Shown one piece after another: positions 1-9,229 of a DNA stretch of 64,000 bases (within the stretch, counting starts at the first letter, position 1; each line of letters opens with the position of its first letter). The position numbers were made by a program, and so were the translations under genes. The DNA comes from an uncultured Christensenella sp. (GTDB lineage Bacteria > Bacillota > Clostridia > Christensenellales > UBA1750). The stretch is from contig CAOKIU010000002.1 in the NCBI GenBank assembly GCA_948468595.1, positions 369 through 64,368 on the forward strand. Reading direction: 5' to 3'. The notes under the pieces were generated by a model. The model saw only the letters and a list, made by a program, of their open reading frames with translations. It ran no database searches and was not told where the DNA came from.

Positions 1-1
1 G

Positions 2-382
2 GATATCTTTATGATGGAAAAGCAGTACACCATTGAAGTGACCGAGGTGCTCAAGGGCAAGGACGTCAAGGTCAAGGACAACATCACCCTCTCCCTCCCC
101 TACCGCGATAAGTTCCAGGGCGATGCGGATTACACCATGCGCACCTTCCAGGAGCCCCCGCTGAACCAGTCCATGCTCTTCTTCCTCAACAAGGACGACT
201 CGGTAACGGGCACCATCGTCTATTACCCCGAAAACGAGCCCCACTCCTTCCTCATCAAGGACAACAAGCTGTTCACCTTCGGCAACAGCGCGGACCTTGC
301 CAAGTCCTTTGCCAAGGGCGACGGCGCTTCGGACAAGGGCATCTCCCTTCCCGCCGCCAAGAAGGAAATGGGCGTCAAATAA
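2..382 (+). CDS. Hypothetical protein, probably 5'-truncated by the window edge
   Basis: The frame is open from position 2 to TAA at 380-382, with strong GC3 codon bias. No recognisable motif. Confidence 0.6.
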   Translation, partial: DIFMMEKQYTIEVTEVLKGKDVKVKDNITLSLPYRDKFQGDADYTMRTFQEPPLNQSMLFFLNKDDSVTGTIVYYPENEPHSFLIKDNKLFTFGNSADLAKSFAKGDGASDKGISLPAAKKEMGVK

Positions 383-394
383 TCCGTTTACTGT

Positions 395-430
395 AAAAAA
401 GAAGCTGCCGGTTCTCCGGCAGCTTCTTTT
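395..430. terminator. Bidirectional intrinsic terminator
   Basis: AAAAAAGAAGCTGCCGG-TTCT-CCGGCAGCTTCTTTT between convergent genes. Confidence 0.85.
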
Positions 431-451
431 CTCATCTTCTGCTTTTCGCCA

Positions 452-1297
452 TCACATCAGCGCTCTTAGGTTGCTCAGGGAGAGGCGCACGGCTTCCTGA
501 CAGGGCTCCATGCCCTCAAACTCAATGGCCACCGCGCCGTCGTAGCCCGCGCGGCGCAGGATGCGCAGCGCCGCCTCCACCGGCACCACGCCGTGCCCGA
601 TGATTGTGCCGCGCAGATATGCGCCCGCGCGCGTCTCAAACCAACCCTGGCCCGGATTGCGGGCGGTGCAGGGCTTATAGAAGAAGTCCTTGGCGTGAAC
701 GTGGAAGGCGTGGGGCGCCATGATGCCCACAGCCTTGGCGGGGTCCTCGTCCGCGCAGAGGAAGTTTCCCATGTCCACCAGCGCGCCGAAGTTCTCATGG
801 TCCACGCGCCCGATGAGCGCCTCCACCCGCGCGCTATCCTGCACAAAGGTGCCATGGTTTTCCACCATTGTGGGAATGCCCAGGGTCTGGGCGTACTCCG
901 TCACCGCGCGGCAGCCCTCGGCAATGCGGGGCAGCGCCTGCTCAAAGGTGCGCGCGGGGCCCTTCTTATCAAGGCCCCAAGCCGCGTCGTGGCGGAAGGT
1001 CTTGGCCCCCAGGCGAACGGCGTTTTGCAGCTCGTCCTTGACGCGCTCGATCTCCGCCTTGAGGTCGTTGTTCAGAAAGTCCGCCGCGACGGCGTAATTG
1101 CTCACGGTCAGTCCCGCGTCCTTGGCCTGTGCGCCCAGCTTATCGCACATCTGGGGCAGGGGATCGTCTCCCAGCAGCACCGCAAAGTCGATGGCCTCAA
1201 ATCCCCTGCGCGCCGCCGCGTCCACAATGTCGTAGGTGCTCATGCGCCCCGCGCTGACTGCCTGATGGAAACTGTAACTGCTCACGCCGATCTTCAT
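452..1297 (-). CDS. Sugar phosphate isomerase/epimerase (xylose-isomerase-like TIM barrel)
   Basis: Metal-ligand motifs VENHG, DMGN, HVHAKD and IEFEG; GGAGG RBS. Confidence 0.85.
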   Translation of the reverse strand: MKIGVSSYSFHQAVSAGRMSTYDIVDAAARRGFEAIDFAVLLGDDPLPQMCDKLGAQAKDAGLTVSNYAVAADFLNNDLKAEIERVKDELQNAVRLGAKTFRHDAAWGLDKKGPARTFEQALPRIAEGCRAVTEYAQTLGIPTMVENHGTFVQDSARVEALIGRVDHENFGALVDMGNFLCADEDPAKAVGIMAPHAFHVHAKDFFYKPCTARNPGQGWFETRAGAYLRGTIIGHGVVPVEAALRILRRAGYDGAVAIEFEGMEPCQEAVRLSLSNLRALM

Positions 1298-1333
1298 GTC
1301 CGTTTCCTCCTATCCTATTTCACTCTGCCCGCC

Positions 1334-3118
1334 TCACGGCGCGCCGCCCTCCGCCATGCGCTGGGCGAGCTGCTCGGCCAGGATGCGGATGTGCTCGCGC
1401 GCCTCCTGCTGCAAGAGCAGCGCTTCATCCCTTGCGGGCACGGCATCCCCCATCAGCTGAACAAATTGACTGACCTTCAGTCCCAGCGCCTCCTGCATCT
1501 GCGCGTCGCTGCCGCGCGGGCTCACCAAATAGTAGCAAAGCACGCTGTCCTTCTGGCCCATGCGATGGGCGCGATCCTCGGCCTGGGTGTGAACGGCGGG
1601 CGACCAGTCCAATTCGCCGAAAACCACGCAGGTAGCGCGCTGCAAGTTGAGGCCCGCGGCCGCGCGCATGGAGATGCAGCACAGGTCGGTCTTGCCGCTC
1701 ATAAAGGCGTTCACGGCGCGGTCCTTCTGCGCGGTGTTTTCCCGCCCGGTGATAAAGACGGGCCGCGCGGCGGAGAGCGCCTCCCGATAGGCATCCATCA
1801 CCTGGTGATGATGGGCAAAGAGCAGCACCTTCTCCCCGCCCTCCAAGAGCGCGCGCACAAAGGCCGCCACATACGGCGCCTTGGCCACGCCCGTGGCCTG
1901 GCGCATGTGTTGGCAGATCTCGTCCTCAATTCGCGTGCGGTCAAAGTTGGTGCGCGCGTCATACAGGCGGCGGAGCGCCTCCATGGCGGGCTGCATCAGC
2001 TGCCGGTATACGTCGTCGTCCGCATCGATTTCCTGTACCAGTCGGCGCTTGGGCGGCAATTGGTCGAGCACCGCGTCCTTGGTGCGGCGCAGCATGTACC
2101 CCTCCTCCCGAAGCATCTCGCCCAGCACGTCGGGCTTGGCCACGATGTTGTTGCCGTAGCCGTAGCACCACTCGCGCGTAAAGCTCTCCCAGTCGCCCAG
2201 CGCATGGAAATCCAGGATGTTGATCACGTTCCAAATCTCCCCGCCGCGGTTGTAGATGGGCGTGCCCGAAAGGCCAAAGACGCGCGGCGCACGCTCGGCA
2301 AGCAGGGAGGCGGCGCTGTACTTTTCCGTGCCGCTGTGGCGCAGTTCCTGAATCTCGTCGTAGATCACCGCGGCAAAGTCCGCTTTGGCCAGCGTTTCCT
2401 TCCAGCCGCGCAGCAACAAATAGTGCACAATGTAGATCTGCGCCGGCGGCAGGGCGTAGGGCTTGAGTCCCTTGAGCACGTGCACCGTGGGCGCGCTGCC
2501 ATCCGCGTTCTTGAGGAAGTGTGCAATTTCGCGCTGCCAGTTGGTCATCAGGTGCGATGGCACCACCAGCATCAACGGATAGGCCTGCAGCTCCGCCACC
2601 GCCGCCAGCGCCTGCACGGTCTTGCCCAGGCCCATCTCGTCGGCCAGCAGGGCGCGGGGCGTGTTGACCAGATAGGCCGCGCCCTCGCGCTGAAAGGGCA
2701 TCAGCTTCCCCGAAAAATAGGCCGGAGAGGGGTCCAGCGCCTGCGGCGCGCTGCGCGCCCGCTCCCGGGAAAGCGCGAAATCCCGCGCGCCGCGCAGGGC
2801 TTGTTCCCACCGCACGGCATCGCTGGGCCGCACGCGGAGCGGGTAGCGCAGCATCAGCCAATTCAGGTCCCCCGCGTTGCGGCGGTTGGCGGTGAAGCGC
2901 GCCACGCCGCGGCCCTTGCCATCGCAGCCGGGGAACAGGCGCTTGGCCATCTGGCATACGATGGGCTCGCCCTTGATCACCCAGGAGCGGGTGCGCTTGT
3001 TGTAGCTCAGTTCGCCGTAAACGCGGCGGCCGCCCTCGCCGTCCCTTTGCAGGTAAGGCGGCAGCAGAAGCTCCTCGGGCAGGTCGGGCAGCTCGTCATA
3101 CGGATCGTATTCCGTCAT
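1334..3118 (-). CDS. SNF2-family ATPase/translocase, SMARCAL1/HARP-like
   Basis: Motifs LLADEMGLGKT, VVPSHL, DEIQ, LSGTPIYN, LRRTK, LLFAHH, AAAGLNLQ and QAEDRAHRMGQ. The start was moved to ATG 3118 (MTEYDPY), which overlaps the upstream stop (TGATG). Confidence 0.9.
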   Translation of the reverse strand: MTEYDPYDELPDLPEELLLPPYLQRDGEGGRRVYGELSYNKRTRSWVIKGEPIVCQMAKRLFPGCDGKGRGVARFTANRRNAGDLNWLMLRYPLRVRPSDAVRWEQALRGARDFALSRERARSAPQALDPSPAYFSGKLMPFQREGAAYLVNTPRALLADEMGLGKTVQALAAVAELQAYPLMLVVPSHLMTNWQREIAHFLKNADGSAPTVHVLKGLKPYALPPAQIYIVHYLLLRGWKETLAKADFAAVIYDEIQELRHSGTEKYSAASLLAERAPRVFGLSGTPIYNRGGEIWNVINILDFHALGDWESFTREWCYGYGNNIVAKPDVLGEMLREEGYMLRRTKDAVLDQLPPKRRLVQEIDADDDVYRQLMQPAMEALRRLYDARTNFDRTRIEDEICQHMRQATGVAKAPYVAAFVRALLEGGEKVLLFAHHHQVMDAYREALSAARPVFITGRENTAQKDRAVNAFMSGKTDLCCISMRAAAGLNLQRATCVVFGELDWSPAVHTQAEDRAHRMGQKDSVLCYYLVSPRGSDAQMQEALGLKVSQFVQLMGDAVPARDEALLLQQEAREHIRILAEQLAQRMAEGGAP

Positions 3119-3477
3119 CAGACCGCCACCCCCCACAGCCGGTTGAGCGCCACCACCGCGCAGGGCTTGCCCATGACGGTGCGGGGCAGGTCGGCCGTGC
3201 GCTCCACCACCAGAATCACCGCGCGCACCCCTTCCTGCGCGGCATAGCGGCGCAATTGCTCCAGCAGGCGTCCGCGCGGGGGCTTGCCGCGCTTGACCTC
3301 CACGGCTATGCCGCCCGCGCACAGGAAGTCCACCCGGCACCGCGGCGCCAGGCGCGCCTCCTTTTCAAAGGCGATTCCCTCCCTGCCCAGCGCCTCGCCC
3401 ACCAGGGCCTGCAATTGGTATTCGTCCGTCACCAACGGGATGCGCAGCGCCCCAAGAGCGGATATGATTTCCTCCAT
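3118..3477 (-). CDS. Small PD-(D/E)xK superfamily nuclease
   Basis: 119 aa with E...E(A)R...RVD...EVK...QLRRY, the restriction-like/RecB-NucS-type catalytic pattern. Coupled to the SNF2 gene. Confidence 0.7.
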   Translation of the reverse strand: MEEIISALGALRIPLVTDEYQLQALVGEALGREGIAFEKEARLAPRCRVDFLCAGGIAVEVKRGKPPRGRLLEQLRRYAAQEGVRAVILVVERTADLPRTVMGKPCAVVALNRLWGVAV

Positions 3478-3557
3478 GCCTTTTTCATCGCTCCTCTTTT
3501 CTTAGGCTCATTTTATCATAAAGCAGGCGCTTAGAACAGCCCAATTTCCCAAGCGAC

Positions 3558-3587
3558 GCACGTTTTTCGGAACGCACTCATAAGATG
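3558..3587 (+). promoter_or_regulatory. Putative SigK/SigE-type sporulation promoter
   Basis: GCAC-N17-CATAAGATG upstream of the LysM gene. Confidence 0.45.
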
Positions 3588-3620
3588 GTACAGAAAAACG
3601 CAGAGAGGAGCTGTTTCCCT

Positions 3621-4766
3621 TTGAAGAGAATCAAACCTACATATGGCGCCTACACAAAAGAGGATATGGACGCGCTCTACGGCACGCGGCCCGCGACCAG
3701 CACCCTGCAAACGGTGGAGTGCCCCGATGGCTACGAAGCCTATACCATCATGGCGGGCGATACCCTGCGCTCCATCGCCACGTCCCGCGGCATCACCGTG
3801 ACCGAACTGCTCTTCTACAATCCCTCGCTCAACCCTTATGGCTATAAGAGAGGGGATGTCATCTGCGTGCCGGCCAACTCCACCGCGGCGCCCCGCAACG
3901 CCGCCAGGACCGCCCCCGCCGAAGATGACGCCGCGCCCGCTGAGACGGAGGATGGCGCCGAATCCAACGGCGAAGGGACCATGCCCCTGCCCACGCCCTC
4001 CTTGCCTGGCGGCGACGACTCCACCACCCCGCCGACCGCCGAGCCCGACGAGGACATGCAGCCCACGCCCTCTCTGCCCGACAACACCCAAAACAACGAC
4101 ATCGACCAGCAGCCTGCCTCGCCCGACGAAGGTCCGCTGCCGCTGCCCACGCCCGCCTTGCCCTCCCCCTCTCAGCCCGCGGAGCCTGGCGAGGGGCCGG
4201 TGCCGCTGCCCACGCCTTCTGTGCCCTCCACGCCCGCCCTGCCGCCCACGCCGCGCTGCCCGAATGGAACACTGTATACCGTCCGTTCCGGCGACACGCT
4301 GCGCCTCATCGCCCAGCGGTTTGACGTCACGCTGGACGCCCTGATGGCCGCCAATCCCGGTCAGACCAACAGCCGCCTCATCATCGGGCAAAAGCTGTGC
4401 ATCCCCCAGCCCATTTGCGAGGCTTGCTGCCCGGCGGGCACGTCCTCCGTGCGCATTCAGTCCACCAACTTTGTGGACTATCTTGTGAACTATAACATCT
4501 CCTACGCGGCCCTTGCCGCCGCCAACCCCAACCTGGATCTCGATCGCCTGATCACGGGCCGGCAGATCTGCATTCCGCCCATCGGCTCCCGCGGCAACTG
4601 CTCGCAGGGCGTCGGCACCCAGGAGCTGGCCATCGATCTGACCGCGGCGGAGCTCGCCCAGCAGCTGCGCGTGACCATTGCGCAGCTGATGAAGTACAAC
4701 CCCAATTACACGCCCACGGACTTCCGCAGGGGCCGCATCATCTGCGTACCCCCGGCGCTGCGCTGA
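3621..4766 (+). CDS. Multi-LysM, Cys-rich, Pro-rich protein, probably spore coat/cortex associated
   Basis: Four LysM-like units (YTIMAGDTL..ICVP, YTVRSGDTL..LCIP, and two degenerate ones) and a Pro/acidic linker. In-frame TTG at 3621 follows GAGAGGAG. Confidence 0.8.
   Translation: MKRIKPTYGAYTKEDMDALYGTRPATSTLQTVECPDGYEAYTIMAGDTLRSIATSRGITVTELLFYNPSLNPYGYKRGDVICVPANSTAAPRNAARTAPAEDDAAPAETEDGAESNGEGTMPLPTPSLPGGDDSTTPPTAEPDEDMQPTPSLPDNTQNNDIDQQPASPDEGPLPLPTPALPSPSQPAEPGEGPVPLPTPSVPSTPALPPTPRCPNGTLYTVRSGDTLRLIAQRFDVTLDALMAANPGQTNSRLIIGQKLCIPQPICEACCPAGTSSVRIQSTNFVDYLVNYNISYAALAAANPNLDLDRLITGRQICIPPIGSRGNCSQGVGTQELAIDLTAAELAQQLRVTIAQLMKYNPNYTPTDFRRGRIICVPPALR
3973..4227 (+). repeat. Intragenic repeat encoding EG(P/T)xPLPTP(S/A)(L/V)P, four copies
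   Basis: Recurring GCCCACGCC-cored units near 3973, 4050, 4128 and 4191; the second is degenerate. Confidence 0.7.
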
Positions 4767-4852
4767 GCCGCGCTCCCCGCGACCTAGGCATGTAGGCTAA
4801 ACTGTGCTATAATCAAGTCACCTCACAATCACGAGAGGGGGCTTGATTTTTT

Positions 4853-5530
4853 ATGGGAACGCGCGCAACAAGGGAGACGCTCCCCCTGCCGCCGCAGGTA
4901 AAGGAGGGGGCGCTAACGAGCGGAGACCTGCTCGCCCTCATGGGGGAAGAGGACTTCGCGGAAGCGGAGGCGGAGGGCCTGTCATTCACCGGGCAAGACG
5001 CCTCCTATGTCTCAGGCCGAGGGGTGGAGATGCGCGGCTGCGCGTTTAGCGGCTGTTCGCTGCGCGGCGCGCGCCTCAAGGGCGTCAGCTTTACCGACGT
5101 GGTCTTTCAAAACTGCGACTTTTCCAACGCAAAGCTGCAAGAGCTCTACATGCAGCGCGTGCGCTTTATCGGCTGCAAGCTGGTGGGTACGGACATGGTG
5201 GAGGCGCGCCTGCGCAACGTCGTGATGGAGGACTGCGTGCTGCGCATGGTCAACCTCACGGGCAGCAAGTTGGACACCGTGCGCCTTCTCTCCTGCGACG
5301 CGGCGGAGGCGGCGCTGCAAATGATCTCCGAGCTCAAGCGCGTGACGCTGACGGACTGCGACCTAACCCGCGCGGAGCTGATGAACACCCGCCTTTCCGG
5401 ACTGGATCTGACCACCTGCCGCATCGACGGGCTGATGGTCACCGGCGCATTGGAGCTGCGCGGGGCGATCGTCACGCCCATGCAGGCCCTGTCGCTGTCC
5501 ACCCTGCTGGGCATCCGCATCAAGGAATAG
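4853..5530 (+). CDS. Pentapeptide repeat protein
   Basis: Tandem A(D/N)LXX-like pentapeptides (CDFSN AKLQE, CKLVG TDMVE ARLRN). TGCTATAAT extended -10 near 4805. Confidence 0.85.
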   Translation: MGTRATRETLPLPPQVKEGALTSGDLLALMGEEDFAEAEAEGLSFTGQDASYVSGRGVEMRGCAFSGCSLRGARLKGVSFTDVVFQNCDFSNAKLQELYMQRVRFIGCKLVGTDMVEARLRNVVMEDCVLRMVNLTGSKLDTVRLLSCDAAEAALQMISELKRVTLTDCDLTRAELMNTRLSGLDLTTCRIDGLMVTGALELRGAIVTPMQALSLSTLLGIRIKE

Positions 5531-5563
5531 TGCCGATTGGCTTTTTCAGAAAGGAGCTTCTTC

Positions 5564-6268
5564 ATGCAGGGCTTGTTTCATCCTTTTCGCACCGACCCGG
5601 CGTTCCGCGCCCAGGTCAGGCGCTATAACCGCCGGGACGGCTGGTGCGCCGTCCTGCTCTTTTTGTTGGTAATGGCGCTCTATTACGCCGCGGGGCTGCT
5701 GATGCGCTGGCGCAATCTGTATGTCGGCGTGCCCATGAATCTTCTGCTGACGGCCGCCTGCGTGGCTTTGGCGCTGGGGCGCGGCGGCACGCTCGCCTCT
5801 TTGGGCATCACCGTGCGCAACGCGGGAAAATCAGCCCTGCTCGGCCTTCTGGCCGGTTTGCTCTTCCTCTTGCTGAGCAGCGTGCTCCCCGGCCTGCGGG
5901 CCGGAAGGGCGCTGGCTCCGCTCGGCGCCTTAATCGGCAAGCTGCTCTACTATTTCTTTGTCATTGCCCTGATGGAGGAGGTGGTCTTCCGCGGCTACAT
6001 CCTCACGCGCATCCAGGGCCTGGTGGGCAGCGGATGGGCGGCCACTGTGCTTTCCGGCGCGATGTTCGTGCTGATGCACATTCCCTTCCAGATGGGGCAA
6101 GCCGGTATGGGGCTGATCGAATTTTGCAAGGGCAATCTCTTTTGGTTTCTCCTGCTCTTCCTGTGGCATTTGGTCTTCACCCTCCTCTACCGGCGGTACG
6201 CGAACCTGCTCGCCCCCACGATCTTTCATGCGCTGATGGACTTTGGCAACGCGCTATTCATGGCCTGA
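5564..6268 (+). CDS. CPBP family (CAAX/Abi) intramembrane metalloprotease
   Basis: EEVVFRG, FVLMH and HALMD motifs; hydrophobic; AAGGAG RBS before ATG 5564. Confidence 0.85.
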   Translation: MQGLFHPFRTDPAFRAQVRRYNRRDGWCAVLLFLLVMALYYAAGLLMRWRNLYVGVPMNLLLTAACVALALGRGGTLASLGITVRNAGKSALLGLLAGLLFLLLSSVLPGLRAGRALAPLGALIGKLLYYFFVIALMEEVVFRGYILTRIQGLVGSGWAATVLSGAMFVLMHIPFQMGQAGMGLIEFCKGNLFWFLLLFLWHLVFTLLYRRYANLLAPTIFHALMDFGNALFMA

Positions 6269-6332
6269 GTGGCAGCGCCTCACCGGCTGTCTTAGCAAGG
6301 GATCAAACCATCGCTCACCATCCCCCTTATGC

Positions 6333-6407
6333 AAAAAGCCGGAGCCAACCGCTCCGGCCCAGCCGCCCCTCCCGCGTCCCAGCCGGCGCCGGAGGGGCGG
6401 CTCCTTT
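6333..6407. terminator. Two adjacent hairpins between convergent genes
   Basis: GCCGGAGC/GCTCCGGC and AGCCGCCCCTCC/GGAGGGGCGGCT. Confidence 0.65.
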
Positions 6408-7290
6408 ATGCGTCCGCATACTCCACGCGCACGGCGATGTTCTCCCCATAGTTGCCAAATCCCTTGCCAAAGAGCGTCAGCCCCCCGCCCTGCTGCGCGC
6501 TCTCCACGCTCAGGCGATAGGTCAGCGGCTCGCCCGGGCGCAGCGGGAGCTGCGCGGCCGTCACGCCGCCGATGCGCTCGCCGTCCATGTAAGCGCCGCG
6601 CGCGTCCACCCGCAGCGTTTTGCGCAAGCCGTATTGATTGAGCCCGTCGCTCCACCAGGGTGGGTTGTGCAGCCCGCGCCGGTCGCCGTAGTCGCCGGGA
6701 CTGACCCAGCTGCCAACCCCGGCGCCGCAGAGCGAAAAGTCGATGCGGCTGGGCCAATCCCCGCACACGCCCGGGGCCTCGGAGGAGATCTCCTGGGTGA
6801 TCAAGACCGCCTTGAGCCGCTTCCCCTTGGGGATATAGTTGGGGATGCGATACGTCACTTGCCCCGCCATCAGCCAGAGCACGCCCGCGGAAAAATGCGC
6901 CGGATCGTCAAAATAGCGCGGATCGTCTATCTGCCCCAGAAATCCCTCCGCCGTGGCCAGCCCGCACGTGGGCCGCACCTCGTGCTCGACATAGCTGCCC
7001 ACCGGGATCTCCACTTCGTACCCTTCCTGGGCCCTTCTCTCCGGCGCGAAGCACAGCAACAGCCGCTCCTCCCCCAGGGAGACCATGCGCCGCACCCCAT
7101 GCACGCCGTTTACATTGTCCACGCGCACCAATCCCGCCTCCCGCAGCGCGCGCACATGGCCCGTCACCGCCCCGCCGGAAAGGCCCAGCCGCTGCTTGAG
7201 TTCTCCCGCCGAAAGCGCCCCCTCCTCCGCCAGCATGCGCATCAGCCTTATCCTCGCCTCATGCGCCAGCGCCCGGCCCAATTGCTCCAT
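6406..7290 (-). CDS. ArsR-like winged-HTH regulator with a large C-terminal putative sugar-sensing domain
   Basis: ALAHEARIRLMRML...GHVRALREAGLV HTH, followed by PTCGLAT..DDP and GDYGDRRG..NPPWW..NQYG. Divergent from the GH51 gene. Start uncertain. Confidence 0.8.
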   Translation of the reverse strand: MEQLGRALAHEARIRLMRMLAEEGALSAGELKQRLGLSGGAVTGHVRALREAGLVRVDNVNGVHGVRRMVSLGEERLLLCFAPERRAQEGYEVEIPVGSYVEHEVRPTCGLATAEGFLGQIDDPRYFDDPAHFSAGVLWLMAGQVTYRIPNYIPKGKRLKAVLITQEISSEAPGVCGDWPSRIDFSLCGAGVGSWVSPGDYGDRRGLHNPPWWSDGLNQYGLRKTLRVDARGAYMDGERIGGVTAAQLPLRPGEPLTYRLSVESAQQGGGLTLFGKGFGNYGENIAVRVEYADA

Positions 7291-7332
7291 CCCCTCATAC
7301 CCGATTTCTCGCGTAAAAACCCCTCCTGTCCC

Positions 7333-7407
7333 TTGACATCGCTCTGCCCGCATGATATCATGCCCGTATAGTTTAAGTCAACCTAAATCTTTTTAAGAAA
7401 ACATAAA
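7333..7407 (+). promoter_or_regulatory. SigA promoter plus two tandem palindromic operator candidates
   Basis: TTGACA-17-TATCAT with extended TG; TTTAAG-N4-CCTAAA (7372-7387) and TTTAAG-N4-CATAAA (7392-7407). Confidence 0.6.
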
Positions 7408-7424
7408 ACAAAGGAGCGAGTGCA

Positions 7425-8912
7425 ATGGCACAGCAGGTCATCTTTCCCGCCGAGCGCGGCGCGGTCATCCGGCCGGAAGTGTACGGCAACTTTTCTGAGC
7501 ACCTGGGGCGCTGCATCTATGAGGGGCTTTACGTGGGCGAGGACAGCCCCATTCCCAACGTAAACGGCCTGCGCACCGACGTTGTGGAGGCGCTGCGCAA
7601 CCTCAGCCTGCCGGTTCTGCGCTGGCCGGGCGGATGCTTTGCCGATGAATACCATTGGAAGGAGGGCATCGGCCCCAAGAAAGGGCGCAAGCGCATCGTC
7701 AACACCAACTGGGGCGGCGTTGTGGAAGACAACAGCTTCGGCACGCACGAGTTCATGGAGCTGTGCCGCCAGGTGGGCTGCAAGCCCTACATCAACGGCA
7801 ACGTGGGCTCCGGCACCGTGCAGGAAATGGCGGAATGGATCGAGTACATGACCGCCGGTGGGGATTCCACCATGGCGCAGATGCGCGCGGCCAACGGACA
7901 TGCCGAGCCCTGGCAGGTGGATTACTTCGGCGTGGGCAACGAAAACTGGGGCTGCGGGGGCAACATGCGGCCGGAGTACTACGCGGACCTGTTCCGCCGC
8001 TACCAGTCCTATGTCAAGCGCTACGGCGAAAAGCCCGTCTACAAGATCGCCTGCGGCGCGGGCACGAGCTTGGAAAACCCCAATTACGAGTGGACAGAGG
8101 TGCTGATGAAGAACGCCGCACCCTATATGGACGGCCTCTCCCTGCACTACTACACCGTGCCCGGACCGGATTGGCAGCACAAGGGCAGCGCCACGGACTT
8201 CGACCGCCAGGAATACTATGTAACGCTGCAAAAGGCGCTCTTCATCCAAACGCTGGTGGAGGGCCACGGCGCGGTGATGGACAAGTACGACCCCGAAAAG
8301 CGCATCGGCCTTATTGTGGACGAATGGGGCACCTGGTACGACGTGGAGCCCGGCACCAACCCCGGCTTCCTCTACCAGCAGAACACCATGCGCGATGCGC
8401 TGGTTGCGGGCCTGAGCCTCAACGTCTTCAATAAGCACTGCGACCGCGTGCACATGGCCAACATCGCCCAGACGGTCAACGTGCTGCAAGCGGTTGTGCT
8501 CACCGATGGCGCCAAGATGGCGCTCACCCCCACCTACCACGTCTTTGACCTATACAAGGTTCACCAGGGCGCGCGCCTGCTCGCTTCGTCGCTGACCTGC
8601 GACCGCGTCGAGGGCCTGCCCGCGGTGCAGGAATCCGCCTCCATTTCCGCGCAGGGCGCCATCTCCACCACCGTGTGCAACCTCTCCCTGGATTCCGCCG
8701 CACCCATGCGCACGGTGCTCACCGGCGTCAACGTCCGGCCCACGCAGGCGCTGGTGCTCACCGGCGATATGCGCGCGTACAACGACTTTGAGGCGGGCAG
8801 CTCAGTTGCCCCGCAGCCCCTTGCCGGGGTGGAAGCGGTCTATGATGGGCGCGATACGGTGCTCACCTATACCCTTCCCCCCTGCTCGGTGGCGCGCATC
8901 ACGGTCCAGTGA
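7425..8912 (+). CDS. abfA: Alpha-L-arabinofuranosidase, GH51
   Basis: [33 protein letters not shown] (acid/base) and DEWG (nucleophile). Confidence 0.93.
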   Translation: MAQQVIFPAERGAVIRPEVYGNFSEHLGRCIYEGLYVGEDSPIPNVNGLRTDVVEALRNLSLPVLRWPGGCFADEYHWKEGIGPKKGRKRIVNTNWGGVVEDNSFGTHEFMELCRQVGCKPYINGNVGSGTVQEMAEWIEYMTAGGDSTMAQMRAANGHAEPWQVDYFGVGNENWGCGGNMRPEYYADLFRRYQSYVKRYGEKPVYKIACGAGTSLENPNYEWTEVLMKNAAPYMDGLSLHYYTVPGPDWQHKGSATDFDRQEYYVTLQKALFIQTLVEGHGAVMDKYDPEKRIGLIVDEWGTWYDVEPGTNPGFLYQQNTMRDALVAGLSLNVFNKHCDRVHMANIAQTVNVLQAVVLTDGAKMALTPTYHVFDLYKVHQGARLLASSLTCDRVEGLPAVQESASISAQGAISTTVCNLSLDSAAPMRTVLTGVNVRPTQALVLTGDMRAYNDFEAGSSVAPQPLAGVEAVYDGRDTVLTYTLPPCSVARITVQ

Positions 8913-9172
8913 GCGCGTCCGCAAGGCCGCCCTGCCGCAAGTGCCTGCTCTCGGACGAGGAGGACCGCAGGGCCTACGCCACGATACGCGACTACATCGA
9001 CTCGCTCGATCCCGCATCCAAGGTGGACGACGCCCTCTATCAGGCGCGGCTGATGCAGTGCCGCGCCTGCGAGCACCTGCGCAACGCGCTGTGCCTCAAG
9101 TGCGGCTGCTATGTGGAGGTGCGCTGCGTGAAAAAACGCCTTTCCTGCCCCGACGTGCCCGCCAGATGGTAA
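8909..9172 (+). CDS. Small Cys-rich protein (DUF6171-like)
   Basis: CRKC, CRAC, CLKCGC, RC..SCP..W; GTGA overlap with the GH51 stop. Confidence 0.75.
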   Translation: MSASARPPCRKCLLSDEEDRRAYATIRDYIDSLDPASKVDDALYQARLMQCRACEHLRNALCLKCGCYVEVRCVKKRLSCPDVPARW

Positions 9173-9225
9173 AAAAATGCGGCCATCCCTCCCAAGCGCA
9201 AGCGCGCTTATGAGGGATGGCCGTT
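9172..9225. terminator. Bidirectional terminator
   Basis: GGCCATCCCTC...GAGGGATGGCC preceded by an A-tract. Confidence 0.75.
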
Positions 9226-9229
9226 CGGA

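Noticed and set aside
593-3247. 884-aa + strand ORF, and similar long ORFs such as 29642-32287, 12570-14768 and 44338-46026
   Set aside because: These are antisense shadows of well-supported genes, expected in high-GC3 DNA. They have no motifs or RBS.
3119-3340. N-terminal extension of the SNF2 ORF in the track
   Set aside because: It overlaps the nuclease gene in another frame and reads as low-complexity junk. ATG 3118 gives clean translational coupling.
4853-5530. Calling the pentapeptide protein a Qnr/MfpA quinolone-resistance gene
   Set aside because: Pentapeptide repeats alone do not establish gyrase protection, and the context is chromosomal and host-like.
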